Part shown: positions 1 through 10,518 of the stretch, one piece after another
Layout of the letters: every line of letters begins with the position of its first letter
Position numbering within the stretch: the first letter of the stretch is position 1
Source of the DNA: Tubulanus polymorphus
Lineage: Eukaryota; Animalia; Nemertea
DNA length: 64,000 nt
Reading direction: 5' to 3'
NCBI RefSeq assembly: GCF_964204645.1
Contig: NC_134028.1
Location: 11,331,263 to 11,395,262, forward strand
The notes under the pieces: model-generated
Seen by the model: only the letters and a program-made list of their open reading frames with translations
Database searches by the model: none
What the model was told of the DNA's origin: nothing
Made by a program: the position numbers and the translations under genes

Positions 1-230
1 TTATACATATTTTTTTACTAAATTGATTTCAGAAGTTCAATGATTTATATCATGTATTATTTCAATCACACTTTACTAACACTTTTAATGTTTAAAATCT
101 AACTCATACAAATATAAATATTGAAATAATGTTGTAAATATATCTATCTATATATCTATTCTATAAGAGCTTACACTTTTATATTGAATAATCTGTCAAT
201 TTAAATGTTATTCATTTACATGATTATTTT

Positions 231-425
231 AAGAGTTATAGGGATAATAAGCTTTCAGGTTAAAGGTTGAAGGGGCGAGTGAGTAAAAAATGAAAATAAC
301 AATAATTTACAGTTGAATTAGGAGTATGCGCGACTAATTCAACTGTAAATTATTGTCATTTTCATTTTTTTACGAGCTCGACCCTTCGACCTTTGATCTG
401 AAAGCCTATTATCCCTATTACTCTT
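231..425. repeat. Long imperfect palindrome (about 91-bp arms, 12-nt loop) at the boundary between AT-rich DNA and the DIRS RT ORF
   Basis: 231-321 pairs with 334-425 (about 10 mismatches plus 1 indel). The inner 23 bp (acaataatttacagttgaattag / ctaattcaactgtaaattattgt) are perfect; loop gagtatgcgcga. Confidence 0.92.
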
Positions 426-1521
426 CAGGTAAACGCGCCTCCCGCAAAACGGCATCGATCATGATTCAGGCGAACGTTAACTGGCGAACGGGTGGGAACG
501 TCTTATCTAGCTTAATGGGCACGCCTATCTCGTGACGTCGTAGAAAGTTGTTTAGATCACGCTGGCATTTGAGCTCGCCTTTTGCAATGAACAGAAAATC
601 GTCAAGAATATGTACAACGAAAGAGCACCCTAACTTATGAACAGCTACCCACTTTAAACAAGACGAGAAACGATCGAAAATAGCGCACGAACTAGAGGGC
701 CCCATCGGCAAAACAGCATCAACATAAAACTTGCCGTCCAAGGTAAAGCCCAACAAGGGTTGATCAAACTCGCTTATGGGGATAATGCGAAACGCGGATT
801 CTATATCTGTTCTTGCAAGGTAAACGTCCGGACCCAGAGATTTGATTATATCGATTGCATCTTGAATAGTTGAATATTTAATGGCGGATGCATCCACGGG
901 GACAAAGTCGTTAACCGAAGAACCCTTTGGGTAGGACAGGTGATGGATAACCCTAAAGCCCCCCGAGCTTTTGGGCACGACGCCGAGGGGCGAAACATGA
1001 ATTGGAGCGCCATCTGGCATAAATGGGTCACTGAAGGGACCCCTAACTCTCCCCAAATCAAGTTCTTTCGTAATCTTTTCCCGAACCACATTGGGATGAT
1101 CCCTAGCTGACTTTAAATTTGTGATACCGCGGCTTGCGATTGGTCCCCCGAAAAAACTGTCGATGCGGAAACCGTGTTGAAAACCGTTGATTAGTAAATC
1201 GCGTTGCTCAGAGTCGTAATCCAAAATGTAGGGTAGAAGTTTAGTTATTCTAACCGGTGTGGGGAGGCTTGGCAGCCTTGGGTCTTTCGGGACGCTGGTT
1301 GCCAGTGCCGGCTGACCGGGCACAATTGACTGCCGAGTGTGAGCCCCTGCAAAATTTACATCTGTGTGCATTAGATGCAGGATTTCCGGGTAAACCCAGA
1401 GAAGCTGTTGTACGCAAAACAGACTTTGGTGAGCGATTGCGAGGAGCTGTTGCGAAAGGACTGGTTGGAGGGGCGTCGAGTTTTGGACTCCATCCAAAGC
1501 TCCCAATCGACGGTGTCCCAA
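421..1521 (-). pseudogene. DIRS-type reverse transcriptase, with an in-frame stop and 3' truncation
   Basis: Motifs SPLGVVPK..GGFRVIHHLSYP, DIESAFRIIP, LPMG..SSCAIF and ILDDFLF. The frame reads through TGA 466-468 as LTFA*IMIDAVLREARLPEE and then meets the palindrome. Confidence 0.9.
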
Positions 1522-2243
1522 CTGCGAGTGGCCCCCTCGGATGAGAAACGTGCTGCCCGGAAATTCATGTCGTAAAATGACCAGTCCCCCCCTTGGGCGG
1601 CCAAATTTTGGACACTGCGGCCATATTTTAGTAAAGGTATGGCGTCAGCCGGACACCTTCGAAGATGCACCGTACAAAATATTTCATACGCACGCACCCA
1701 TTGTTCGATCGACTTCAAGGCGGCCACCTTGGATGGGGCGATGGACAGGGCAGGCGTTTCCTGACCCATGTTGGGCACCACACTGAACGAATATGTGCTG
1801 CTAGGCTTACGCAGGAGCATTGTGAAATCGACAAACTTCCCTGCCCATATGTTTTCCTTTAATTTTTCAGGAACCAGGGCATCCAGCGGGACAGACGAGG
1901 AGTGGAATCTGTCGAAGATGTTAGGCGGTTGCTCTAAAACCTGCACTGCAGTGCCCCCATTACCTTCATCTGATGGAATTGGCGGCTCGACCACGGTAAC
2001 CGATGGTGGTTGAGCCACATCGTGTTGTTGAATTTGGGGCAACAATGCCACTGTCCTCTCCAGAGTGTCCAAGAGGCGGTAGGCCCTTGCCTCTTTTTCC
2101 TGCATACTCGTCGACGCAGTTGAAACTAGGCTACTACTCGTCGGTGCGGCTGAATTTCGGGTACTACTAGTTGACGCAGCTGAAACTCGGATACGCTTCG
2201 CACCGCGTTGGGTTGCCGACAACGATCTTTTGCCTCGATTCAT
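1315..2243 (-). pseudogene. DIRS-type gag with a frameshifted C-terminal Cys/His finger
   Basis: Motifs VPEKLKENIWAGKFVDFTMLL, WVRAYEIF and WSFYDMNFR. Removing one A near 1372 restores CI-YAHRCKFCRGSHSAVNC. Confidence 0.8.
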
Positions 2244-2826
2244 TTTGAATGAATTCTACTACACAACAACACAACAAAAACAAAAATTTTCTTGGATATA
2301 GTAATTAAAACCCACTCAGGAAGGGTACCCGCATAGACGCTGGTAGGATTTTAAGCCTAAAATTAGAAACAGTAACGTATGTCACAAGCAGACCACACTT
2401 GAGGACGCTATGAGACCAATAAATTAAAGGCACCTAACCAAATGGCGGGACAATTAAACCCGAAACACATGAGCCCTAAGGGTACCCGGCATACACGACG
2501 GGAATTAAACTAACTCGTTGTTCTGAAAAGTGAGTATTTTGCATGTCTAAACGTAGATAAAATAATTGTACAACAAGCATTACGACTATCCGTGATGACG
2601 GACGGGGCAATTAAACCCTGCACGTGGGCTCCTGACACGTTGAAAATACGAACATCTGGACACCAGTCCCCAATGAACAGGAAAATTAAGTCCTTAATGT
2701 AGCTATCAACATAAACCACCTGCCGAATAACAGGACAATTAAGGCCATGAAATTAATAACAAAAACAGACCACCTGATAACCGAAAAAACACAGGGCAAT
2801 TAAGGTCGGTAAGAGTCGTTTCTACT

Positions 2827-2928
2827 AGATTAACAGTTTTACTGGGACGAACCGGCAGTTGACCACCGGTCGTTTCCCCACAGATTATCAGTTTCACTGG
2901 GACGAACCGGCAGTTGGCCACCGGTCGT
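2827..2928. repeat. Two-copy direct repeat (55-bp period) in the DIRS spacer
   Basis: actgggacgaaccggcagttg(a/g)ccaccggtcgt at 2841 and 2896. Confidence 0.85.
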
Positions 2929-3534
2929 CTTTTAGCTTGTGATGGGCATTCACAATGGCGCCACGTAGCGATCGATAAAACATCAACTGTCCCTGCAGGT
3001 TAAGGTGGACCCCATCTTGAGCAAAAACGTTATCTCGCGAATTCCAAAACCCGCGATGACGCCAGGAAAAAAAACATACTTGCAACCGTCGCAGACGGCG
3101 TGCAAGAACTCCTGCATCTCAAAAACTCTCTTATCCCCGGCTTCTCGACTAAAATTTCTATAGCTGGTATGGCGTACAGGATCACAAATGTACACTAAAG
3201 CACTAGTCTGCTCGGCCACTGATGTCGCGTATTGAAAAACTTTCATCCCAACGAATGCCAGCGTAAGGTACCGATTGCATAGGTCGTTCGACCCTATCTG
3301 TAAAATCACCAATGAGGGTTGGCATTCATTTATGGAGGACAGGATGTCGCGATTGACCAAAGTATCGATGGTTGCACCCCCAATACCGATCAACCGAGGT
3401 GTTGAATAATTAAAACGCTCCACATTCAGGCCCCAGTCCGGCTTCACGATTGAAGACGTGGAATGATTTCCCTCAATAAAGTCTTTCAAACGCCTGATAT
3501 AGCTATGTCCAACTATCACAATGTTCCTTGACAT
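2894..3534 (-). pseudogene. SGNH/GDSL-like hydrolase ORF of the retrotransposon, frameshifted near 3070
   Basis: Block I IVGHSYIRRL, block II GIGGATI, block III QIGSNDL, and block V DGVHLN in the adjacent frame (2894-3085). The frameshift lies in an A-run. Confidence 0.8.
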
Positions 3535-3937
3535 CCTGCCGTATTTTGTGAACAGAATTTAGACACGGAAGGCCTAGCAAAATAGGATAAAAGGGGGTAA
3601 ATAAGGACAAAAATAAAACGTAACCTTTCACGCTCGGGATGCGGAAGAGAAAGGAACTTGTACTCAACAGTGATTGGCTGAGAACAAAGAGATATTGGCG
3701 GCGCCACCAGCTGGAGGCGCCTGGCAAAGCGCTCGGTTCGTTTCGGTCGCAAAAATGTTGATGAGCAATCGTTACTCGCCCATCTCTTGTTTTATGTGTT
3801 TTTTACTCCCGATTTTCGAACGTTATTCCCCTTTTCCGTTTCGAGTAAAATTCGTATACGCTATAATCTTTATTTAAAATATCGTTGTTCCATTAATTCC
3901 GTATGCAACCCGTTGTAATACTCAGGAAGAAATCTTA

Positions 3938-4610
3938 AGTGTAAAACATATAAAACTATTGAAGCAATGAGACTTAATGTAGAAATCTGACGTTTTTTAA
4001 CTACAGAAAAATTTATTTTCGTGTAATCGATAAAACGATAGGCTCTCAATATGTAATCAACATTCCCAAACTCCCACGTTGTTTTTCACAGAAAACGATT
4101 TTTTTCTTTTTTAATCATGGGTCCCTTAATTCGCTCGAAGATCTATCATGGGTGTTCTTTGGTCACGCCACCGGGTGCCTTCCTTCAGCAAAACCTACAT
4201 TTTTTACAGTGTAGAACTTGGGAACCATTTTTTGTGTAAAACATATAAAACTATTAAAGCCGTTCGTAAAACATATCTGCAGATAAGTGCATATATAATA
4301 TCATATAAAATCTATTGTCGTATGAAAGATAAAACAAACAAGGCTTCCAATTTGTAATCAACACTCCCAAAGCATGTTTTTTTCCGCAAAACTGAATTCC
4401 TTTTCTACACATGTATTTGATCACGGCGAATCTTCGCTTGAATAGATCTCCGATATTTTGGGTGATTTTCTTTGGCCACGGACCACGCCGAACACAGGTG
4501 CCCCCGCAAAATCTATGTTTTTTTGGGAAGGGCACTCGACTCTATTTATTCATCAAAACTAAAGACTGGCTGTGCGCTTCACCAAGTTTCGACTTTGACA
4601 TATTAAGCGC
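3938..4610. repeat. Diverged tandem units (about 300-370 bp), continued at 14355-14723 beyond the Gypsy insertion
   Basis: gtgtaaaacatataaaact at about 3940, 4234 and 14356; 4233-4605 aligns with 14355-14723. Confidence 0.8.
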
Positions 4611-4940
4611 ACAGCGAGCGCCGAAGGCGCGAGCTGGAAGCTCCTTAAGTTAATCGCGCGCGTGAGGCAAATTCAAATTTTCTATATTTCTCCATACCGT
4701 CCTTCTCAAAAAGTGTAGTTTACATCCGGGACACATGGGCATTGGCTAAATCGCTGCAACGAAAATGACGGTCACGGACAGACTTTCGTCGAAACTTGCG
4801 GGCCGCGTCGCGCGGGTAGTTTAAATACGTAAATGAAGGATAACAAAATGATTTTGTGTAATTTTCAGAATATTTACAAAGAATATTCACAATATATTGT
4901 CAAACAAATTTTATTTTTAGTTCGTATTCCTCCGTAGAAG

Positions 4941-6425
4941 TGTAGCGGCACGGGGTCGACAATATATACGGCTTTAAATCTTGGTAGCGAGAGCAGGTAA
5001 GTCCAGAATAGGTCCGCTACAGGTGGGTACGCCTAGGTCGATTCTGCCCCTGGAGAGGACAGAATAAGGGGTCAATGACCGCCCTAGGACAATCGTCGAT
5101 AAATACTATGCGATTTGCTAACTCGTGAGATTCGATTCGGTTTCCCCGCCTAAACATAACTCTGACCAGTACAGTCGGTCGAATTTCTCAAGAACCACAG
5201 CCGGAAGTCACCACTTTCGTTACGTCGGCCATTCGTAATCGAATCGACTCCGACCGTAAATTCGAGAGAAACTAAAAATAGGCGATCGGTTTCTTCGACT
5301 ATAAAATTTAAGTGCAGTCTGAATTTTATTCCGGTTTCCATAAGCTCTACCGAATCCCACTGAATCTCGCGACAGTCATAGGCAAATAAGGCAATCGCAT
5401 TACTAGAATAACATGCTCGAATATATATACTCCGAAAAATCGAACGCATAATCAAAAGAAGTAACAATTCATAGTTAAAAATGACATGTATGAATATTTA
5501 TTGATTTATTCAGGTCGAGAATCGTGGCGAAATGAACAGGCTATTAGGATTTGACTAGGCCTCGGACCTCCGAGCGATCTCGGGTCTCGAGAGGCGGCAA
5601 GGGCGATTATCCGACTTCGAGAGAAACCCACGTTGTCAAGACAACGCAGATTACCCGAGTCATGATTCGAAAGAATTCGCTCGAAGCCCAGGCGATGAAA
5701 GTCTTCGAGCGAGAAAAGGTAGTGACTAATAATCGAGGCGAGTCCACTCGAAGTCGAATAAACGTAATTCATACGGGATAAACGGCTATGATGTTCTTCC
5801 ATTGCAGTGATCCTTGGTCGGATTCTCCTTTGATTTCGGGTTCAGATGAAGTATTCGAGCGGGGCCGGAGCCCTGTCCTAGGGACGTGGTTTGAAATGAC
5901 TTATCGCATCATTCCGGGGTCAATACAGACCTGAATAAGGCAATTAGACTGTTCGTCTGGCGATTTTTAAGAGATCGATTATTCAGCGAGCGATTACAAC
6001 CTCTCTCGACGTGTCTCAAACACGGAATGTCTGGAATGCGGTTCTGACCGCTCTTAAATAGGCCGCATTCTACGCTGATTGGCTAATAGCCAAATTACTG
6101 CGCGATAAAAAATGCCGGCGCACGCGGCTTTGGGTAGGCGTACATGACTGGAATTTTCGATGAAGTATCTCGAAATCAATCCTTGTTTGGATATTTGCTA
6201 TTAAAAGAGCAAAACCTTTCACGGAAAAGACTTGGCAATATCCCAGGTAAAAGGAACTATTCCGTAAAACGGCCGTCTACGATGAGGTGATACGGCACTT
6301 CCGGATTTCAGCGATTTTGAATAGTGCGGCTCTGAATTGGCGAGTTTTCCTCAAAAGACGGATATAATGCTATCGCGGACTGGTCATCAGGTCTGAAGGT
6401 TGGTTCCATGGTCAATCTCGCCACA
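4941..6425 (-). repeat. 3' LTR (1485 bp)
   Basis: tgtagcg...cgccaca termini; matches 12875-14337. Confidence 0.93.
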
Positions 6426-6442
6426 ATACACCCACCCCAGAC
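6426..6442 (-). other. Polypurine tract
   Basis: G-rich minus-strand tract gtctggggtgggtgtat immediately before the TG of the 3' LTR. Confidence 0.7.
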
Positions 6443-6703
6443 TCTTGTATGTCCTCATACAAGGAAGCATAACGCAGTAGTACCGGAAGAATAGACACGG
6501 AAAATCGAATATTTCTGTGAAAGCGAGAAACTGGTGACGGTGTCTTCGACCAAAAGATATTACTACATACAATGTATATGATAATAACATTCAATAAACT
6601 ATATTCTGTATAATAATAAAACATCTAAAACATCTTTATTACTTCTTTGTACAGATTGCACTATCATTTTAAATTTAATGGTGTTCGCGAAGCGGCGGAC
6701 GAA

Positions 6704-7783
6704 TTACTGATTTTTAAGTAGAGCGCAGAGTTTAAGTTGATAAAATTCACAGTAGACACACTGGTACTCTGAGCCTGCGTAGCCGAACAAGATCATATCG
6801 CCGTGTCGATGCAATTCTTTCCATGGTCGTTCTTCTGTTATCTTTCGATCTTCTTTGGTTTGCGTCGAACCGTCTCTCATATCGTTGTTTTGTTTAATCT
6901 GGGTAGAACTGATTTTTCTAAGCGGCATTGTCGGTATTGCATTGTTGGTGAAGGCACATGATTCGATAGATAATTCGGATTCTGTTGCACTCGATGATGA
7001 TCCGTTGATCTCGGGTAGCTTTACACACGGAATGATCGGTTTCTCCGCGGCGAATGATTTCAACTCGGGCACACACGGTGACTTAATATCGGCTTCGAGC
7101 AGCGGTTCGGTTGTTTGGTTGTCTTCTTCTATTTTTGACGCAGCAGACGTTTTTCTTTTAACGGAAATTATCCGCGCGGAACCATCCGGACGGGTAAATG
7201 TCGTTTTAGACAGTAACTGCAGCGGGCTTGGAGGCATTTCTTTCCTAATTTCCTCTAAAATTCTATGGAGATCGTCGTTCGTTGGAAATGAAGTTGTTTT
7301 ATAATGTGGACTCTTTGGCGTCGGTATTTCCTTGGTAATTGTGGGAGTTGCGAGTGGGTTTTCTTCCTTAATTACTGTCTGTGTCTTCTGCCTTTTGCCG
7401 GTTGGAACCTTGTTCTCTTTTCCCGATTTCCTTTTAGTTGGATGAAGGATCGGGGTCTCTGGGCGACTTAAGCACTGGATCTCCGGAGGGTCAAATTCAA
7501 ATTCATCATCGTCGTCTATCGCGACGAGTTTCACTTTTTCGATGATGGATCTGGTATCTTCCGAATGTCTTCTGTGCGTTTTTCTAGCATGTTGTCGAAT
7601 CAGGTCTCGACGTCCGTTCTTGTAACTGCAGAGTTTGCATCTATATTCATATCCCTGATGCGGCTTACTCTGACATCTTAAATCGTGCGACTCGAGGTTC
7701 CTCATCGACGCGAAATCTTTCTTACAGTGGACACATAAAAATGGCGTTGTCCCGTGCATTCTGAAATGTATGATCATTTTCAA
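6704..7783 (-). CDS. Accessory ORF3 of the Gypsy element with N-terminal C2H2-type zinc fingers
   Basis: 359-aa open frame starting 2 nt after the pol stop; fingers CVHCKKDFASMRNLESHDLRC and CKLCSYKNGRRDLIRQHARKTH. Confidence 0.8.
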   Translation of the reverse strand: MKMIIHFRMHGTTPFLCVHCKKDFASMRNLESHDLRCQSKPHQGYEYRCKLCSYKNGRRDLIRQHARKTHRRHSEDTRSIIEKVKLVAIDDDDEFEFDPPEIQCLSRPETPILHPTKRKSGKENKVPTGKRQKTQTVIKEENPLATPTITKEIPTPKSPHYKTTSFPTNDDLHRILEEIRKEMPPSPLQLLSKTTFTRPDGSARIISVKRKTSAASKIEEDNQTTEPLLEADIKSPCVPELKSFAAEKPIIPCVKLPEINGSSSSATESELSIESCAFTNNAIPTMPLRKISSTQIKQNNDMRDGSTQTKEDRKITEERPWKELHRHGDMILFGYAGSEYQCVYCEFYQLKLCALLKNQ

Positions 7784-7785
7784 AG

Positions 7786-10518
7786 TTACAGAGCGAGTAG
7801 CCGTGGTGGTATAACTCTTCTCCCCGACCTGGTGTAAGTGGGTGGATCTGGACTGGGTTTCCGGAAGGTCAATTCAGCGAATTGCGGTCTTGTTTCATTT
7901 TCTTGCTCGTATAATTTAAGTCGGTCGAAATGCACTCGTTTAATTTTCTCATCTTTGTGTATCTCATACACTACGTCATTCACTTTACGTTTGACTGTCC
8001 AGGGACCTTCCCACGGATGGTATAACTTTGGTGACATTCCCCGAGGGCAAGCGGGGTTATGAAGCCAGACTAATGCTCCGACAGAAAATGCGACTCCGGA
8101 GGCTTTAGTATCGTAGTTACGCTTCATTCTCCGAGTCCGAACAGTAGAATTGTGTCTTGCCAAATCGTGCGCTGCACGAATACGCTCTCTTAGTTCTACG
8201 GTGAACATATTTAAGCTACGAGAGCTTTCGTGAGGCGGGCCTTTATACATTAAGTCGATGGGTAGGCGAATCTCATGCCCGAACATCAGATAGTTCGGGG
8301 TGAATTTAGTCGAATCATGAACGGCCGATCGATAGGCCATAGCGATGAACGGCAATTGTTCGTCCCAGTCAGAGTGATTTTGATTCACGAACATTGACAA
8401 GCTATTAATTAGTGTCTTGTTCATTCGTTCGATCATGCCGTCGGATTGAAGTCTATAAGGGCAAGTTCTCGTCTTCTTAATTTCGAGAATCTTACATACC
8501 TCAGCCATGAGCTTAGACTCGAAGTTTGCCCCTTGATCGGTGTGCAATTCGAGGGGACACCCTAACTTACAGACGAAATGCTTTACGAACGCATCGGCGA
8601 CAGTGAGCGCCTCTTGGTTCGGTATCGGAACGAATTCGACGTATTTAGTGAAATAATCACCGATAACTAAAATATATGAATTACCATTATCGGTCTCAGG
8701 TAATGGGCCTAATATGTCCATGGCGACTCTTTCGAGAGGTACACCTGAACTTGAGGGTCGTAGTTCAGCCCTAGTTTTTCGAGCTTGACTCTTTCGCGTT
8801 TGACATTCGCGGCAAGTGACGCACCAATCACGAACATCTCTGGCTATGTTATTCCAGTAGAATCTATCGTGAATCTTATACAATGTTTTCTTGATACCGA
8901 AATGACCAGCTGTTTTTGTCGCGTGAAGTTGGTCGAATACATCTCGGTGGTACGGTTTTGGTAATAACAAGAGCGTCGACGTAGGCAAACCCGAACGCTC
9001 TTTTCTAATATATAGAACACCGTTGATAAGATGGAGTTTATCCCATCTAGCCCAAAGGAACTTTGTGGCTGAATTCTGCCCTGATACATTCTCCCAATTC
9101 GGCTTATCGTTACTCGGATTGAAATGGCGTATGATCCACTCGAGGTCGGTGTCACGTTTTTGGGCTTGAGCAATAGAAGCGTCGTTCCAGTCTTCGCACG
9201 GCGAGAACTTTATGTGACATGCGCGTGCGATATCAACCGCACCGGTCGCATTATATCGTCGTTCAGCCCTTTGACACTGCGAACATGCCCGCCTCGACTT
9301 TCCATCTGCGTTCGAATGTAAGCGCCCCGGTCGATGTTCAATACGAAATGCGAAACCTCCGAGTGTAGTTAACCAACGGGCTAGTTGACCCTCCGGCTCT
9401 TTGAAACACATAAGCCACCGGAGTGATCCATGATCAGTTCGGAGGAGGAATTCTCGTCCTCCGAGATAGTGTTTAAAAGCCTTGATAAGGTGTACCACGG
9501 CAAGTAACTCGCGTTTCGTGACGCAATAGTTTCTTTGAGCTTTTGAGAGAGCTTTACTAGCATACATGATTACGTGCTCTTTGTTATCGCCGTGTACTTG
9601 CGATAATACTGCACCGATGGATTCGTTACTCGCATCGGTATCGAGAATGAATGAGAGTTTTGGATCAGGATACGCGAGAATCGGAGCAGACACGAGCAGT
9701 CGCTTCAGAGTTTCGAAGGCGATCTGACAGTCGTTGTTCCACAAAAACTTCTTGCCTTTTTCGGTGAGTTTCTGAATTGGTCGGGCAATTTCAGCGTAAC
9801 CTTTGACGAACGATCGATAATAGGATGAAAATCCTAGGAATGACCTAGCTTCTTTGACACAGCCGGGAACCTTCCAACTAATGACTGCTTCGATCTTACT
9901 CGGATCGCATTTAATACCCTCTCCGGACACCAGGTGTCCTAAGAATGCAACCGAGGTCTGAAAAAAGTGGCATTTCCTAGGTTTCAGTTTGAGACCGGAT
10001 TCTCGAAATCTCTGTAGGACCGTTCTAAGATTTTTGATTGTATCACCTAAATCGGATCCGAACACAATAACGTCGTCAAGGTAGATTAGACAGGCTTCGA
10101 ATTGAAGGCCGTTCAATACTCGTTCCATGAGACGCTGGAACGTGGCTCCGGCGTTCTTGAGTCCGAAAGGCATTTTGACGAACTGGTATAACCCGTTATT
10201 CGGTATGGCGAAAGCCGTACGTTCTTTCGATTTCTCGTCCAACTTTATCTGCCAATAACCGCTAGCCATGTCTGCGGTGCAGAAATAGCGGGTACCAGTG
10301 AGCGAGCGCAGAGAATCATCGATGCGAGGAAGGGGAAAGGCGTCGATAGGACAGAGGCTATTGACTTTTCGTAGATCGACGCAGAACCTCTGACTGCCGT
10401 CTTTCTTGGTAACAAGTACGACTTGTGATACCCAACTCGAACTAGAAGGTTCTATAATACCTTTTTCGAGCATCTCTTTAACTTGTTTATTTGCCTCGAT
10501 TTGCTTGTCGTACGCCAT
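7786..10518 (-). CDS. Gypsy pol: RT, RNase H, integrase
   Basis: RT motifs RFCVDLRKVN, GYWQI, MPFGLKNAGATFQR and YLDD; RNase H LDTDAS..IGAVL; integrase HHCC finger, DQGANFES and GMIERMN; GPW motif. Confidence 0.97.
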   Translation of the reverse strand: MAYDKQIEANKQVKEMLEKGIIEPSSSSWVSQVVLVTKKDGSQRFCVDLRKVNSLCPIDAFPLPRIDDSLRSLTGTRYFCTADMASGYWQIKLDEKSKERTAFAIPNNGLYQFVKMPFGLKNAGATFQRLMERVLNGLQFEACLIYLDDVIVFGSDLGDTIKNLRTVLQRFRESGLKLKPRKCHFFQTSVAFLGHLVSGEGIKCDPSKIEAVISWKVPGCVKEARSFLGFSSYYRSFVKGYAEIARPIQKLTEKGKKFLWNNDCQIAFETLKRLLVSAPILAYPDPKLSFILDTDASNESIGAVLSQVHGDNKEHVIMYASKALSKAQRNYCVTKRELLAVVHLIKAFKHYLGGREFLLRTDHGSLRWLMCFKEPEGQLARWLTTLGGFAFRIEHRPGRLHSNADGKSRRACSQCQRAERRYNATGAVDIARACHIKFSPCEDWNDASIAQAQKRDTDLEWIIRHFNPSNDKPNWENVSGQNSATKFLWARWDKLHLINGVLYIRKERSGLPTSTLLLLPKPYHRDVFDQLHATKTAGHFGIKKTLYKIHDRFYWNNIARDVRDWCVTCRECQTRKSQARKTRAELRPSSSGVPLERVAMDILGPLPETDNGNSYILVIGDYFTKYVEFVPIPNQEALTVADAFVKHFVCKLGCPLELHTDQGANFESKLMAEVCKILEIKKTRTCPYRLQSDGMIERMNKTLINSLSMFVNQNHSDWDEQLPFIAMAYRSAVHDSTKFTPNYLMFGHEIRLPIDLMYKGPPHESSRSLNMFTVELRERIRAAHDLARHNSTVRTRRMKRNYDTKASGVAFSVGALVWLHNPACPRGMSPKLYHPWEGPWTVKRKVNDVVYEIHKDEKIKRVHFDRLKLYEQENETRPQFAELTFRKPSPDPPTYTRSGRRVIPPRLLAL

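Larger units (their letters stand above)
426..3750 (-). mobile_element. Truncated DIRS-order (probably Ngaro-like) retrotransposon: SGNH ORF, gag, RT; RNase H and tyrosine recombinase absent
   Basis: Overlapping gag and RT ORFs with DIRS-type motifs, plus an SGNH-like ORF on the same strand. RT is cut at the 231-425 palindrome. The right boundary is approximate. Confidence 0.8.

Noticed and set aside
5150-5802. ORFs duplicated in both LTRs
   Set aside because: They have non-ATG or weak starts and no recognisable motifs; the duplication is explained by the LTRs.
6855-7304. Antisense ORFs over Gypsy, DIRS and BEL coding regions, and 63349-63564
   Set aside because: These are shadow frames of real genes on the opposite strand.
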